Positions 35,814-46,499 of a stretch of 64,000 nt of DNA are shown here, piece after piece. A program made the translations under genes and the position numbers. Location of the stretch: the IMG/VR virus record IMGVR_UViG_3300042397_000787, one strand, 5' to 3'. The notes below the pieces were generated by a model. The model did no database searches. It had not been told where the DNA came from and saw only the letters and a program-made list of their open reading frames with translations. The DNA is from a virus. The number at the start of each line of letters is the position of its first letter. The stretch's first letter is position 1.

Positions 35814-37528
35814 TATACCACCATTTCACTATAGTTATTTTTCTTTTCAAACTTAATTAGACTGCGGAACTTATCAAACAGTTGGTCGCCCTTATGACTG
35901 ATAACAAATACATTAGTATCTTCACCCAATGTATCAAGTAGAGACATAATATAATCTGTCCCATTGTTGTCTAGTGAACTATCAAATACTTCGTCCAGGA
36001 TTAGAAGATTGGTAGCTACACTGTTCTTCATCTTAGCGATTGTTCGCCACGTAAAGAGAAGAGCCAGGTCGATGCGTTGCTTTTCGCCTTCAGAGAAGGA
36101 TGCGTAACTGAAATCGTCACGATGGCGAGACTTAATCGTTTCATCAAACTTCTCATCAAGATTAAACTGCACAAAGAAGTCCATTGCTTGTAGATATTTA
36201 TTCACCAACTTATTGATAACTGGAAGATACTGCCGAATAATCTTAGTCTTAATACCAGTGTCCTTGAGGAGAGTGGAGACAGCATCCATGTAATGCTTTT
36301 CTTCATTCAACTTGGCCTTTTCTTCGTTCTGAACCAGAACTTCTTTAGCATAAGTCTTTAGCTTATTCTTTTCAGTATCTATATCACCAGTTTTAGATGA
36401 AATATCATTCAGTTCCAGATTGAGTGCTTGGATTAATCTCTGTTGAACAATCATTTCATTATGATGAGTTATAATCGAAGCATTCAGCCCAGAAATTTGT
36501 TCGGAAAGAACCGCATTTTCCGCGATAAGTTCTTCAAGTTTTGTAAATTCTTCCTGGAGTTTCTCCATTCCCGAAGATAGTTCTTGCATTTTCTCTTGTC
36601 TGGATGATACGATGGTTTCTTTATGATCGTGAGCAATGCCTTGCCGACATGTCGGACACTCATCTGTTTCCTCGTAGAATGCCACCTCCTTTTGGAGATC
36701 GCGGAGTTGGGTGGAAAATTTGGTTTTAAAGGAGTCGAGTTTCTTTTGCTTGTCTGCAAGGTCTCCGAGACTTTGTTGGGTTTCTTCAACAGAAAGTTTT
36801 TGCCCTTCCAAATCGTTAGCGAGGCTTGTAAGACTTGATATCTTTTCTTCGCCGGTCTGAATACGCTCCAATATTTCATCGACTCTCTTCTCTCGGTTCG
36901 CTTCTAGGGTGTCAACATATTCTTTCTGTATCGAAGCCTTTTGTTTCAAGACTTCCAGCTTACCGTCGGCATCCTGTAATTGATCTTTAAGAGCATTCAT
37001 CTTGTCACGCAACACCACATTCATTGTGGTAAAAATTTGAATGTCCAGCAGGTCTTCGATGATTTCTCTACGGGTTCCAGAGGGCAACTGCATGAACGGG
37101 GTGAATGACGCCGAACCTAGAATGACAATCTGGGTAAAAGACTTGTAGTTCAACTTGAGAATGGATTCCTCAAGATACTTTTGATAATCTCTAGCGGCCG
37201 CATCTTGATTCAACAGTTCGCCATCAACATAGATTTCAAAAAGACCGGGCTTGATACCACGAACAATCTTATACAATTTACTACCACTGTGGAATTCTAC
37301 CTCAACCAGAAGTTGCTTCTTGTTAATGGAGTTTACCAACTGCGGCTTGTTGATGTTGCGAAACGGCTTACCGAAAAGAGAGAAGCACAATGCATCAAGC
37401 ATCGTGGACTTGCCGCCGCCATTCTCACCGACTATGAGGGTACTGGGTGAACGGTCTAGTTTAATTTCAGTAAACTGATTGCCAGTAGAAAGAAAGTTCT
37501 TCCAACGAATAGTGTTAAAAATAATCAT
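35813..37528 (-). CDS. Recombination endonuclease ATPase subunit (gp46/Rad50-like)
   Basis: GENGGGKST, CPTC hook, FSEGEKQRIDL, LILDEVFD. Confidence 0.96.
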   Translation of the reverse strand: MIIFNTIRWKNFLSTGNQFTEIKLDRSPSTLIVGENGGGKSTMLDALCFSLFGKPFRNINKPQLVNSINKKQLLVEVEFHSGSKLYKIVRGIKPGLFEIYVDGELLNQDAAARDYQKYLEESILKLNYKSFTQIVILGSASFTPFMQLPSGTRREIIEDLLDIQIFTTMNVVLRDKMNALKDQLQDADGKLEVLKQKASIQKEYVDTLEANREKRVDEILERIQTGEEKISSLTSLANDLEGQKLSVEETQQSLGDLADKQKKLDSFKTKFSTQLRDLQKEVAFYEETDECPTCRQGIAHDHKETIVSSRQEKMQELSSGMEKLQEEFTKLEELIAENAVLSEQISGLNASIITHHNEMIVQQRLIQALNLELNDISSKTGDIDTEKNKLKTYAKEVLVQNEEKAKLNEEKHYMDAVSTLLKDTGIKTKIIRQYLPVINKLVNKYLQAMDFFVQFNLDEKFDETIKSRHRDDFSYASFSEGEKQRIDLALLFTWRTIAKMKNSVATNLLILDEVFDSSLDNNGTDYIMSLLDTLGEDTNVFVISHKGDQLFDKFRSLIKFEKKNNYSEMVV

Positions 37529-38580
37529 ACGGTAACGTTCTGTGCCTCAACATAGAGTGTCTGTAGAATAGACTTAATACGGTTCTTTTCCAAATCGGTT
37601 TGAATGGTGTCAACAAAATCTGAGAGAACCGACATAGTATCTTCTACATTTAACTCTTCATCATCCGTCGCTTCTGTTTCAAATTCAGAAAAGTCTTCGA
37701 TGATTTTAAGTTCGATTAGATTTAAATCATATAGCTTATCAACGAAGCGGTCAAACTTATAGAAGTCAGTTTTCTTCACAACTACCAAACGAACACAAGA
37801 TCCGACCATAGGTAGAAGGTCGATAGCAGAGGGGTCACCATTAGTATCGTCATAATAGATTTTATGGAAGATTTGAAATGGGTTCTCAAAGAATTCTACC
37901 TCATTTGTTTCCGTATCATATAAGTGATACCCTCTCTTATCATTATAATCAGACCAAGTAAACTCATAGGTATTACCAAGATAAAGAATATTACCAGTGC
38001 GACTACGATGGTGGAAATGACCACTACAAACGAGAGGAAATCTATCAAAGTCCACAGTATCCATTCCGTGATCATTTTTATGCCCACGGTACATTTCAAA
38101 ACCTGAAAATTCAAAGTGTCCAAATACTGCTTGTGCATTACTTTTCTTTACTACCTCCATAGTTTCTGAATAATTACCAGAACAAATCCATGGAACAAGT
38201 AGTAGATTTTTTCCGTCTAATCTAATTTCTTCTGCTTCCGAATATGTAATAATGTTTTCATACTCACGGAGCAGAAGGTCCAGTGAGTTTACATCGTTAG
38301 TATTCTTGAAGAAAGTATCGTGGTTTCCAGCAATCATATGAACATCGATGCCCAAATCACTGGTCTTGTCAAAGAAATACTCACGGCACTTCTTCAACGT
38401 ATTATAATTTATAAACTTGCGCCGATCAAAGACATCACCCAAGTGAATGATAGTCTTGATACCTTCTCGTTCCATATGAGGAAAGAATGTTTCCGTGTAG
38501 AACTTCGCAAAGAAGTTATCGAAGGGAATAGAATCCGACCTAGCACCAAAGTGAGTGTCAGTAATTAGCGCAATCTTCAT
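37525..38580 (-). CDS. Recombination endonuclease nuclease subunit (gp47/Mre11-like)
   Basis: DTHFG, GDVFD, GNHD, GHFH. Confidence 0.96.
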   Translation of the reverse strand: MKIALITDTHFGARSDSIPFDNFFAKFYTETFFPHMEREGIKTIIHLGDVFDRRKFINYNTLKKCREYFFDKTSDLGIDVHMIAGNHDTFFKNTNDVNSLDLLLREYENIITYSEAEEIRLDGKNLLLVPWICSGNYSETMEVVKKSNAQAVFGHFEFSGFEMYRGHKNDHGMDTVDFDRFPLVCSGHFHHRSRTGNILYLGNTYEFTWSDYNDKRGYHLYDTETNEVEFFENPFQIFHKIYYDDTNGDPSAIDLLPMVGSCVRLVVVKKTDFYKFDRFVDKLYDLNLIELKIIEDFSEFETEATDDEELNVEDTMSVLSDFVDTIQTDLEKNRIKSILQTLYVEAQNVTV

Positions 38581-39116
38581 GACTTTAGAATTCCAAGTAG
38601 AGTATTGGTCTGGCTGATAGCATCATCAAGTGCATGGTGATGCGTATCATTTTCAGCGGCACGAATCTTAGCATTGCTAAGCCCCATAAGGTTCATCACA
38701 GTGCGATAACACATGATGTTACTAAAGCGCCAAGGGTATGGCATACCGACCGCTGCATATCCAGACTCCAGAATAGAGATGTCAAACGATGCACCATTAC
38801 CCCACGGCATTACCTTGTCTCTACCAATCCAGTCAGTGAAATTTTGTAGTGCGTCCACGAGTTGCAGTTGGTCGACCAGAAGAGCATCTCTAGCCGCCGC
38901 ACTTTGCTGCATCCACCAATCAATAGTAGACTTGTCAACGTGAAGACCCGCGGCCTTACAAGATTTGGCATCGATGTTACAGTAGAACTTATCGATAATG
39001 CCTTCACCGATAGTGAACTTGGTAGCACCAATAGAAAGAATGGTCGCGTTGGCTCTTGTCGAAAGAGTTTCCAAGTCAATCATCACATGAACGGTAGTAG
39101 GATCAGTTACTTTCAT
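38577..39116 (-). CDS. DEDD 3'-5' exonuclease (DexA-like)
   Basis: MIDLETL, WGNGASFD, HHALDDA. Confidence 0.88.
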   Translation of the reverse strand: MKVTDPTTVHVMIDLETLSTRANATILSIGATKFTIGEGIIDKFYCNIDAKSCKAAGLHVDKSTIDWWMQQSAAARDALLVDQLQLVDALQNFTDWIGRDKVMPWGNGASFDISILESGYAAVGMPYPWRFSNIMCYRTVMNLMGLSNAKIRAAENDTHHHALDDAISQTNTLLGILKS

Positions 39117-39280
39117 TTACGCTTCTCTTTTGCATATTGTGATAATGCCTTATCGCAGTAGTCACGAATATTTTCTACCGTCACCATATAGTTATGTCTG
39201 ATATTAGACGGCGTTGCCTTGTCCTGCATAGTATCGACCATCTGCTGGACGATTGCAGGAACAATTAGTTCCTTAGTCAT
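39113..39280 (-). CDS. Small hypothetical protein (55 aa), not in ORF track
   Basis: MTKELIVPAIVQQMVDTMQDKATPSNIRHNYMVTVENIRDYCDKALSQYAKEKRK; AAGGTG RBS; ATGA overlap with next gene. Confidence 0.75.
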   Translation of the reverse strand: MTKELIVPAIVQQMVDTMQDKATPSNIRHNYMVTVENIRDYCDKALSQYAKEKRK

Positions 39281-39288
39281 ATTACACC

Positions 39289-39630
39289 TTATTTTTTATC
39301 TGCCCCCGACGTGGGAGTTGCAGCATTTGCGACATCAGGAATAGCTTTCTCTAGCGCCTGTTCCGCATCAAGCTCTTCACCTTCTTGAAGGCGCTTCAAT
39401 GCAATTTGACCGTTACAAATCATGTAGTGCTGACCTTCACCGAGTTTAGAAGATTCGAGGTAGATGCACCCGGCATTCTGAACCGAAATAGTCTGCACTT
39501 CTTCGCGATGACCTGCAATGCTATTGCCAACAGAAATCAAAGCAGTAGAAACAACGCCCAGAATCAACAGGGAGAACCAGTTATCAGAAACAAACTTGAC
39601 AGCATTATTAGTTTTTGGAGAATCAATCAT
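39289..39630 (-). CDS. Membrane-anchored hypothetical protein
   Basis: One TM segment (WFSLLILGVVSTALISVG), Cys pair; upstream TTGACT-N17-TAAGAT. Confidence 0.7.
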   Translation of the reverse strand: MIDSPKTNNAVKFVSDNWFSLLILGVVSTALISVGNSIAGHREEVQTISVQNAGCIYLESSKLGEGQHYMICNGQIALKRLQEGEELDAEQALEKAIPDVANAATPTSGADKK

Positions 39631-39664
39631 AAATGTACCTTTCAATTAGAGTGATGTTCTCATC

Positions 39665-40249
39665 TTACTCTAAATCTAGTCCAGAGTCAATAGTTTTTTG
39701 TTTATCCAGATATTTTGGTCGGCGCTTAGGAATATTACTGACCTCCGCTGGCTTATCAAAGTCTTCTACCAGGTCAATCGTCTTTTTAAGATAGTCAATG
39801 AACTCGTTGCCATAATCACCACCGTCATGGTCTTGGGTAATCAAATCATGAACATCTAGATTGCGGATGTATCGGTACTTTGCAGCCTGTTGCTTCTTCT
39901 CTTTCGCAATACGGCGTAAGAAGGCATAATACGTAATCTGTGTGAAGTATGCAAAGGGGTTCTTAGACTTAGCAGGATCGAAGTTATCGATGTAAGTAAT
40001 ACAGTTTTCAATTCCATCAAGGATCATTTCCTCACGATAGGTATAATTGATGAAGTTAGATTTATATGCCAAGTGATTAGCAATCTTGAGGAAGCATTCG
40101 CCTAGATAATTGGGCACACGAGGCTTCTTACTACGATCATAGTCCGGTTCAGCTTTAGCAGCCAAAACCTTTTCTCTATACTCTGTAATCTTTTCTAGAA
40201 ACAAAGCATTGTCTACATAGTGAACATTATTTTTTCTATTCTTGACCAT
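39665..40249 (-). CDS. Late-transcription sigma factor (gp55-like)
   Basis: HYVDN, YLGECFLKIA, NFINYTY, NFDP.KS.NPFAYFTQI. Confidence 0.96.
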   Translation of the reverse strand: MVKNRKNNVHYVDNALFLEKITEYREKVLAAKAEPDYDRSKKPRVPNYLGECFLKIANHLAYKSNFINYTYREEMILDGIENCITYIDNFDPAKSKNPFAYFTQITYYAFLRRIAKEKKQQAAKYRYIRNLDVHDLITQDHDGGDYGNEFIDYLKKTIDLVEDFDKPAEVSNIPKRRPKYLDKQKTIDSGLDLE

Positions 40250-40377
40250 AGGGCCTCCATCATGATATAATCTGTTATACTACATTTTTTTGCATATGGC
40301 AACATTTTTATTGAAAAAAGTATTTACAACTAGTGATTCTTGGTGTATAAGAAGAGTGTAGCTCTTCAAGAATAACT

Positions 40378-40740
40378 TCAATTAAGTAATCCTTTGCTTC
40401 TTAGTATTCTTGCTTGAAGCATTTCCATCTCATCAAAGTCTTCAATGTCTTCTACCGGTTCGGGGTAATTCCCCGTGTAGGAGAGATACTGTTGTAGCAG
40501 ATTTTCTTTTAAAGAGCAAGAGGTAAGTATCTCTTTGGCACTTAAAAGAAAACTTTTATCTGGTGAAATTCCAATCCATGGCTTCAAGAGAAAAGTTTCT
40601 CCGTTTATTCCGTCATGGTTGACTTGAACCGCAATGACGGCAATAGGATCGTCTAACCAATAATTATTAGGGTCTGCTAGGCGAACACTTGCTATTAGTG
40701 TTTCGCCATTTTTTAATCTTAGGACGGTCACTTCACTCAT
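40378..40740 (-). CDS. Conserved hypothetical protein (Sm-like fold likely)
   Basis: LRLKNGETLIA, LKPW; typical uvsW-gp55 intervening gene. Confidence 0.7.
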   Translation of the reverse strand: MSEVTVLRLKNGETLIASVRLADPNNYWLDDPIAVIAVQVNHDGINGETFLLKPWIGISPDKSFLLSAKEILTSCSLKENLLQQYLSYTGNYPEPVEDIEDFDEMEMLQARILRSKGLLN

Positions 40741-42218
40741 AGCTTTATTCTCACTAATTTGTAGTTGAAACCTTCTTCATTATATATCTTAATTCTTTCC
40801 ACCATATGGGAAAGGGTATAGTTCTTTCGGCTCTTCCATGTTAGGTCATCACCGATATCAAATAGTCTGCACATTGTCTTGTCGGTACCCTTTCGTAGTC
40901 CTCTACCAATCGATTGTAAATTTCGGATACGCGATTTGGAAGGTGATGCAAAGATGACGTTGTGTAGATTTCTTATATTTATACCCGTTGAAAACGTGCC
41001 ATAGGACGCTATGATAATGGCATCTTTTTCTTTTTCTGTGATATCTCTAATGGCTTCTCGCTGTTGCGTATCCGTTCCACCATGGACAAAGAAAACTTGG
41101 CGAGTATCTCCAACCTTATTGTTGATTAGGTCATACAAAACTTGGCCATGCTTTTCAACAAACTGAAATAGAACAAGTGTATTACCCTTTTGAGTGGTAG
41201 CAAGGTTTTTAATCACGTTGTTGCGCTTGGGGTGTGTAACCAGCCAGTCCATTTCTTCTTGATATGTGTAGGTCTTTAGAGCCTTCTTTTCCTCGTCTGT
41301 GTAGTCCAGAAGAATACAGTGAATGTCAAGATCGGCTACTGAGCCTTGGTCCATCAGTTCCTTAGTAGAGATGACTTTCTTTACCTTACCGAACAGACCC
41401 TCAAGAATAAGTTTATGAGTCTTCATTCCATCTAATGTGCCGGTGGTACCGATACGATACTTTGTGTTGACGCACTTATCAAAGATTGATGTCAATGACT
41501 TTGCTTTAAACAAGTGGGCTTCATCGCCATAGATTACATCAAATTCATCAAAGAATTTTTTAGGTAACTTGTAGATAGACTGCCAAGTGGAGATAACAAT
41601 AGAGGCTTCGTTTGACTTTTCATGGCCAGCGTAAATCTTGGCGCAGTTCTGAGATACGTACCACTCGGTGTGTGATGCATAGTCTTGAAAGTCTTTATAC
41701 ATTTGTTCTACCAGTGAAGTGGTGGGAACAATGATAAGTTGTTTGCGACCGAACTGTTGATGGTATCTCATTAGTAGATAGATGATTAGAGACTTACCAG
41801 ATGCGGTAGGCGATAGTAGCAATGTGCGACCGATACGTATAGCGTATTTAACGGCTTCTAACTGGTAGTCTCTTGTCTCAATTGGCTTATCTTGGCTATG
41901 TAAGTTCAAAGATTCCGCGAACTTCTGCACATCCTCCATAGTAACTGGATCACCGATACGCTCCATGTCAACGTCTACGCTGTAGTCTAGACGCTCGGCA
42001 AACTCTCTGAGGTATGGCAGAAGGCCAACATAAAGTTCTTTTGTCCAGATATTAAACAGTCTGGCTTTACCGTCCCATAGTTTGGCGCGATACGTTGGCA
42101 TGAAACGTGCGCCCGGGACTTCAAAAGTGAAGTAATCATTTATTTCTTGTGCAATACCTGGGTCACAATCGACCTTTAGGTGCACCTCATTTTTCTTGGA
42201 AACTTTTAGATCACTCAC
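40737..42218 (-). CDS. uvsW: SF2 helicase UvsW
   Basis: SPTASGKS, DEAH, TTGT, QSIGRGLR. Confidence 0.95.
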   Translation of the reverse strand: MSDLKVSKKNEVHLKVDCDPGIAQEINDYFTFEVPGARFMPTYRAKLWDGKARLFNIWTKELYVGLLPYLREFAERLDYSVDVDMERIGDPVTMEDVQKFAESLNLHSQDKPIETRDYQLEAVKYAIRIGRTLLLSPTASGKSLIIYLLMRYHQQFGRKQLIIVPTTSLVEQMYKDFQDYASHTEWYVSQNCAKIYAGHEKSNEASIVISTWQSIYKLPKKFFDEFDVIYGDEAHLFKAKSLTSIFDKCVNTKYRIGTTGTLDGMKTHKLILEGLFGKVKKVISTKELMDQGSVADLDIHCILLDYTDEEKKALKTYTYQEEMDWLVTHPKRNNVIKNLATTQKGNTLVLFQFVEKHGQVLYDLINNKVGDTRQVFFVHGGTDTQQREAIRDITEKEKDAIIIASYGTFSTGINIRNLHNVIFASPSKSRIRNLQSIGRGLRKGTDKTMCRLFDIGDDLTWKSRKNYTLSHMVERIKIYNEEGFNYKLVRIKL

Positions 42219-42655
42219 ATCAATCCGTTTGTAAATTTAGTCCACTCAATGGCATTCTTAATGTCCCATGTTCTACTATTTAGTGAGCGTATAATTTGCT
42301 CCAACTGATAGAGCAGGGCTTTAACATATTCTACTTTATCCATAGCACGAATGATATCCTCATCGCAATTGATACGATCTTCCATATCATGCTTCAATGG
42401 CTTTAGGCCTTGATACTGGTTCCAACCCTTATCTTGTAGTTCATCTAGGGTCATTTCACCGCGAAAGTATTTACCTTTATCGCGCCGTAGACGATAGTAA
42501 TCTGCTTCTGCTTTTCGCAGTTGCAGTTTAGTATTTGAAAGAATATTCAAATACTTTGCATGTAATTCTGGCGTTTTAGTGGATTCTCTACCTAGATTTA
42601 GCTCATCTATTTTAGAATCGCCTGTCCACATTTCTTGGACTTCTGATAATTTCAT
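42215..42655 (-). CDS. uvsY: Recombination mediator UvsY
   Basis: LHAKYL, IKNAIEW..F..G; adjacent to uvsW. Confidence 0.9.
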   Translation of the reverse strand: MKLSEVQEMWTGDSKIDELNLGRESTKTPELHAKYLNILSNTKLQLRKAEADYYRLRRDKGKYFRGEMTLDELQDKGWNQYQGLKPLKHDMEDRINCDEDIIRAMDKVEYVKALLYQLEQIIRSLNSRTWDIKNAIEWTKFTNGLM

Positions 42656-42671
42656 AATATAACCTCAATAG

Positions 42672-43208
42672 TTATTGAATAAACTTATACATCGTATATT
42701 TAAAAGTGACCTGTGCTGTTAGATACTGGACATTACCATCACTGATATCAAATTCCAGTCCCTGTAAACTTGTTGGATAACAATCAATGAATTTAATTTC
42801 CATGGCTTTATTTAGATCGGAATCTAGAACGATTAATGTACCATCAGAATAATCACCAGAGCTACTAAATCCTTTTTCAGTTCCGCCCCTGGCTTGTTTG
42901 AATTCTTTATACTGGTTACGCTCTTCTGGAAAGCCTAGACCAATTAGCCAATCGTGTAACTCAATATAGTTTTGGAAGTTTTCTTGAACGATAAACTTTA
43001 TGGTCAATTCATCATACGTAAGATTGGTACCAGGAACAGTGAAGTCTACCAATGGATTGGCAACATATGCATTACCGATTGATAATGCAGGAATCATAGC
43101 AGACTGACAAAAGAAAGATACATTAGGAAGCGTGTCAATATTAAACTGAAAACCATTTGGCCTCAGATAATTTAAAGTATCCGGTGTATCTAAAATTCGT
43201 CTTGACAT
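42672..43208 (-). CDS. Tail tube terminator/completion protein (gp3-like)
   Basis: NYL.PNGF, FFCQSA.IP, F.DCYPTSL, VTFKY; late promoter at 43225-43232. Confidence 0.85.
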   Translation of the reverse strand: MSRRILDTPDTLNYLRPNGFQFNIDTLPNVSFFCQSAMIPALSIGNAYVANPLVDFTVPGTNLTYDELTIKFIVQENFQNYIELHDWLIGLGFPEERNQYKEFKQARGGTEKGFSSSGDYSDGTLIVLDSDLNKAMEIKFIDCYPTSLQGLEFDISDGNVQYLTAQVTFKYTMYKFIQ

Positions 43209-43235
43209 ATCTTTCTCCGTCTATTATTTATAACG

Positions 43236-43264
43236 AAAAAGGGGAGAGCATTTCTGCTCCCCCC
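43236..43264 (-). terminator. Intrinsic terminator after major capsid gene
   Basis: GGGGGGAGCA-GAAA-TGCTCTCCCC-TTTTT. Confidence 0.85.
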
Positions 43265-43302
43265 AGTTTTTTGCAACCCTTCCTCTAATGGGAAGGTATC
43301 GA

Positions 43303-44595
43303 TTACATAAGGTTAGTAACCTTAACGCGACGATAGTATTGGTTACGGTTGGCAGTGAATGTATCACCGTCAGTTGTGCCGTTCGACTGTGTTACGTATG
43401 GGTTAGCAATCATGCCGTAACGTGTCTTGAAGCCAATCTTTGGCTGGAAGCTGTTAGGGTCGATAGCACGAACCATTTGTAGTGGAACGTATGGGCAATA
43501 GAAGAGACCAGCATCATATGCTGTAGCGCCCTTATAACCAACAACGTAGAACTGGCTAGCAGCGCCTGTGTTAGCTGAGTAAGGGTCGATGTAAACCTTC
43601 TTACCACCGATTGTACCAACAAAGGTGTTACCTGTGTCGTCCGACTCAAGAGTTGGCGAACCTTGTAGGGCGCGACCAGTGTCAAGAACACCAGCCATAG
43701 CTAGAGCAGCCGCAACATCTGACGAACAGATGATGAAGTTACCCTTACCACGACGGGTATCTTGTGCGATTACGTTAGCGTCACGTTCGATGTTGAACAG
43801 AAGACCCTTGAAACGCTCAACGCTCCAACGACCGTTCGAGTCAACGTCAAGGTCGAAAGTACCAGCTGTTGCTGTTGAAGCAGCACCGGTCTTAGCAACC
43901 TTGTAGATTGTGCGAACAACTTCACGGTTGATTTCGTTCAGAATTTCTTGCGAAAGAATGTTCGAAAGTTCTGATTCAGCATCAAGACCGTGAATAGCCT
44001 TAAGATCCTGTGCCAGTTCAACTGTGTATTCTGCCTTTAGAGCGCGTGTCTTAGCAGTAACAGTTGTCTTTTCGATGCTGAATGCCATTTCGCCGAAATC
44101 GCCGTCACCTTCGCCGCCAGCGCCTAGACGTTCTGCCGCAGAAGTAGCCAAGCCAGTACCTGTGGTGTAGCTACCGTCAACTGGGTTCGAACCAGCGTGA
44201 GTACCAGTACCAGAGAAGTCTGTATCGGCTTCGTTGAAGAGAGCTTCTGTGCCGTCTTGTGTGCTGTAGTTTGACTTCATAGCGAAGATCAAGCCAGTTG
44301 GGCCAGTCATCGGCTGAACGCCAGCTACGTCATAAGCCATTAGGTTAGGAAGAGCGCGACGAACGAGCGAGATGAGAATTGGGTCATAACGGTCGATGTT
44401 TGCTGCACCCGAACCAGCAATGTTATTTGCTGGAGCGTCTTCGAAAAGTGCAGACTTTTCTTCGCGTAGGGCCTTTTCTTGGTTTTCAAGAACGACGGCT
44501 GTAACTGCGCGACGGTAGTTGTCCTTAATCTCGCCGAGACCGCCGTGATTTAGAACAGGTTCCCACTTCTTCTGTAGTTGTTCTGAAAGAAACAT
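43303..44595 (-). CDS. Major capsid protein (gp23-like)
   Basis: GVQPMTGPTGLIFA, RALKAEYTVELAQDLKAIHGLDAE, FQPKIGFKTRYG; late promoter at 44626-44633. Confidence 0.98.
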   Translation of the reverse strand: MFLSEQLQKKWEPVLNHGGLGEIKDNYRRAVTAVVLENQEKALREEKSALFEDAPANNIAGSGAANIDRYDPILISLVRRALPNLMAYDVAGVQPMTGPTGLIFAMKSNYSTQDGTEALFNEADTDFSGTGTHAGSNPVDGSYTTGTGLATSAAERLGAGGEGDGDFGEMAFSIEKTTVTAKTRALKAEYTVELAQDLKAIHGLDAESELSNILSQEILNEINREVVRTIYKVAKTGAASTATAGTFDLDVDSNGRWSVERFKGLLFNIERDANVIAQDTRRGKGNFIICSSDVAAALAMAGVLDTGRALQGSPTLESDDTGNTFVGTIGGKKVYIDPYSANTGAASQFYVVGYKGATAYDAGLFYCPYVPLQMVRAIDPNSFQPKIGFKTRYGMIANPYVTQSNGTTDGDTFTANRNQYYRRVKVTNLM

Positions 44596-44638
44596 TTAGT
44601 TTTCTCCTTGTGTGTCAATATCTTTTATTTATAAAAAA

Positions 44639-45799
44639 TTACTTTTGAGCAGCAATCTTATCCAGTGCTTGGACATACTTACTGACTGTCGATTCGTCTA
44701 AGACTTCCACGCCTTCATCTTCTAGTTTGTCTTCCACGATAGTAGTTGACTTAGAAGCAGGGAAATAATTTTCCTTGATGACGTTTAGCTTTTCTTCAAA
44801 GATGTCTGCGTTCTCGAATTCTACATCAGCTACCAACGACTTAAACTTTTCAGCATCGGTCTTTGCAAGGTCCTCAGAAACAACGGCGAAAACGCCTTGC
44901 TTCAAAAGAGCTACATTGTTATTGTGCAGTTCTACATTTGCAGAAATTTGTTCGTCCAACTTAGCAGATACTTCTTCTAGTTGGGCTTGCATTTCACCAA
45001 GCACATCATATTTCTCTTCGGGAACATCAATGTAATGTTCTGCGAACAGGTTCTTCATGCTGTTGATGAATGATTCCGCGATGTCGGTGCGAAGACCATT
45101 TTCAACAGCAAGTGCGTTGTCTTCAACCCACTTTTCAATTACATAACCAAGATAAGAATCGACCTTCTCGGTCAAGTCGGCCTTGAACTCTTCCATCAAT
45201 TCAGCCGCTTCAGAGATTAGACTTTCTTCGATTTGCTGAACTTGATTGGATACACGGGCAGTTACCATTGCTTCAAAGAGCGACGATGCTTTGCCACGGA
45301 ATTCTTCTGATAGGTCTTCGTTACCATCAAAGAGAGTAGCGAGATCAGTAGTGAAATCTTCTTCGATCATTTCGCCATCTTCCTCTGTTTCTTCTTGATG
45401 AACATTACCTCTTGACGATGCCATGTTTACAACCGAAGTTGGGTCACTATGGGTCGTGAAGTTAGGTGCTGCACCGGCGCCGCCCTGAGAAAGTGTAGCC
45501 TGATTGCTGGAAACTGGAGCAGCTTCCTTAGCACCTGGATTATCAGTTTCTTCATCACGCTCACTGGAAATAGTAGCATCTTGTGAATCGCCTTGGCGAG
45601 GTTGAGTTTGATCGCCTGCAACCTTAGCTGGGATGGATGTATCCTTACCACCGGCAGCGCCTAGTTTGCCAGCAGCAGGTGCGTCTTCGGAAGAACCCTG
45701 TTTAGGGTTAGTTGCATCACCTGCAACCTTCTCATCTAGAACTTCCTCGGATAGTTGCTTCTTAGTTAGCAACTCTCTGATTTTGTTTTCTACACTCAT
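44639..45799 (-). CDS. Prohead core scaffold (gp22-like)
   Basis: Acidic coiled coil, VDSYL.YV.E.W, FAEHYIDVPEEK; late promoter at 45829-45836. Confidence 0.92.
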   Translation of the reverse strand: MSVENKIRELLTKKQLSEEVLDEKVAGDATNPKQGSSEDAPAAGKLGAAGGKDTSIPAKVAGDQTQPRQGDSQDATISSERDEETDNPGAKEAAPVSSNQATLSQGGAGAAPNFTTHSDPTSVVNMASSRGNVHQEETEEDGEMIEEDFTTDLATLFDGNEDLSEEFRGKASSLFEAMVTARVSNQVQQIEESLISEAAELMEEFKADLTEKVDSYLGYVIEKWVEDNALAVENGLRTDIAESFINSMKNLFAEHYIDVPEEKYDVLGEMQAQLEEVSAKLDEQISANVELHNNNVALLKQGVFAVVSEDLAKTDAEKFKSLVADVEFENADIFEEKLNVIKENYFPASKSTTIVEDKLEDEGVEVLDESTVSKYVQALDKIAAQK

Positions 45800-45842
45800 T
45801 TGCGTCTCCTAAATGGATTTTTATATTCTATTTATAAAAATA

Positions 45843-46499
45843 TTACTTTGAAGAAAGATGACGCAAGAAACGTTCAAAGATTTGGATCTTTGCTTCTTCA
45901 AGTTGTTTCTTACTTGCTTTCTTAATATACTTCTTAGACATATCGCAATGCTGTTCGGTCCAAACACCATTCACAACTAGCCATTCTTTATTTTCCATGA
46001 TACCACGAACAAAGGCATCTGGTGCTGAAGGGTCAGCTACGATATCAGCCGCTGTTGCTAGATGAAAATCATCTTGCACAACTTGAACGCCGTCTCTGTT
46101 TTCCTTCAAAGTACCGAGGCCTCTTGACGAAACGCCAAGTTGACCGCCAGACTCAATTAGACCACGAGCGATATTGCCCATTGGTGTTTCTGTTAGTTTC
46201 GCTTTACCAATCCAGTTATCACCATCTTGGCGAAGTTCTGTAATGATATGCGATACTCTATCTAGATTGATTGATGGACCATCTGGATGTCCCAATTCAC
46301 CAAAGGCTCTATTGTTCTCAACTGCTTCCTTCATGTAACGATTGATTTCTTTACCCATGATGTCTCCTGGGTACATACGGCCGTTACGATTTTTAATGTT
46401 GGACTGCAGGAAAACACCCTCGATATAGAGAGTCTTTTTACCTTCTTTTTCTTCTGTGATATAACGAACTTGTTCGTTGACTTCGGTAATAAGTTTCAT
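45843..46499 (-). CDS. Prohead protease (gp21-like)
   Basis: NRNGRMYP, GELGHP, GVSSRGLG, DIVADPSAPDA. Confidence 0.97.
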   Translation of the reverse strand: MKLITEVNEQVRYITEEKEGKKTLYIEGVFLQSNIKNRNGRMYPGDIMGKEINRYMKEAVENNRAFGELGHPDGPSINLDRVSHIITELRQDGDNWIGKAKLTETPMGNIARGLIESGGQLGVSSRGLGTLKENRDGVQVVQDDFHLATAADIVADPSAPDAFVRGIMENKEWLVVNGVWTEQHCDMSKKYIKKASKKQLEEAKIQIFERFLRHLSSK

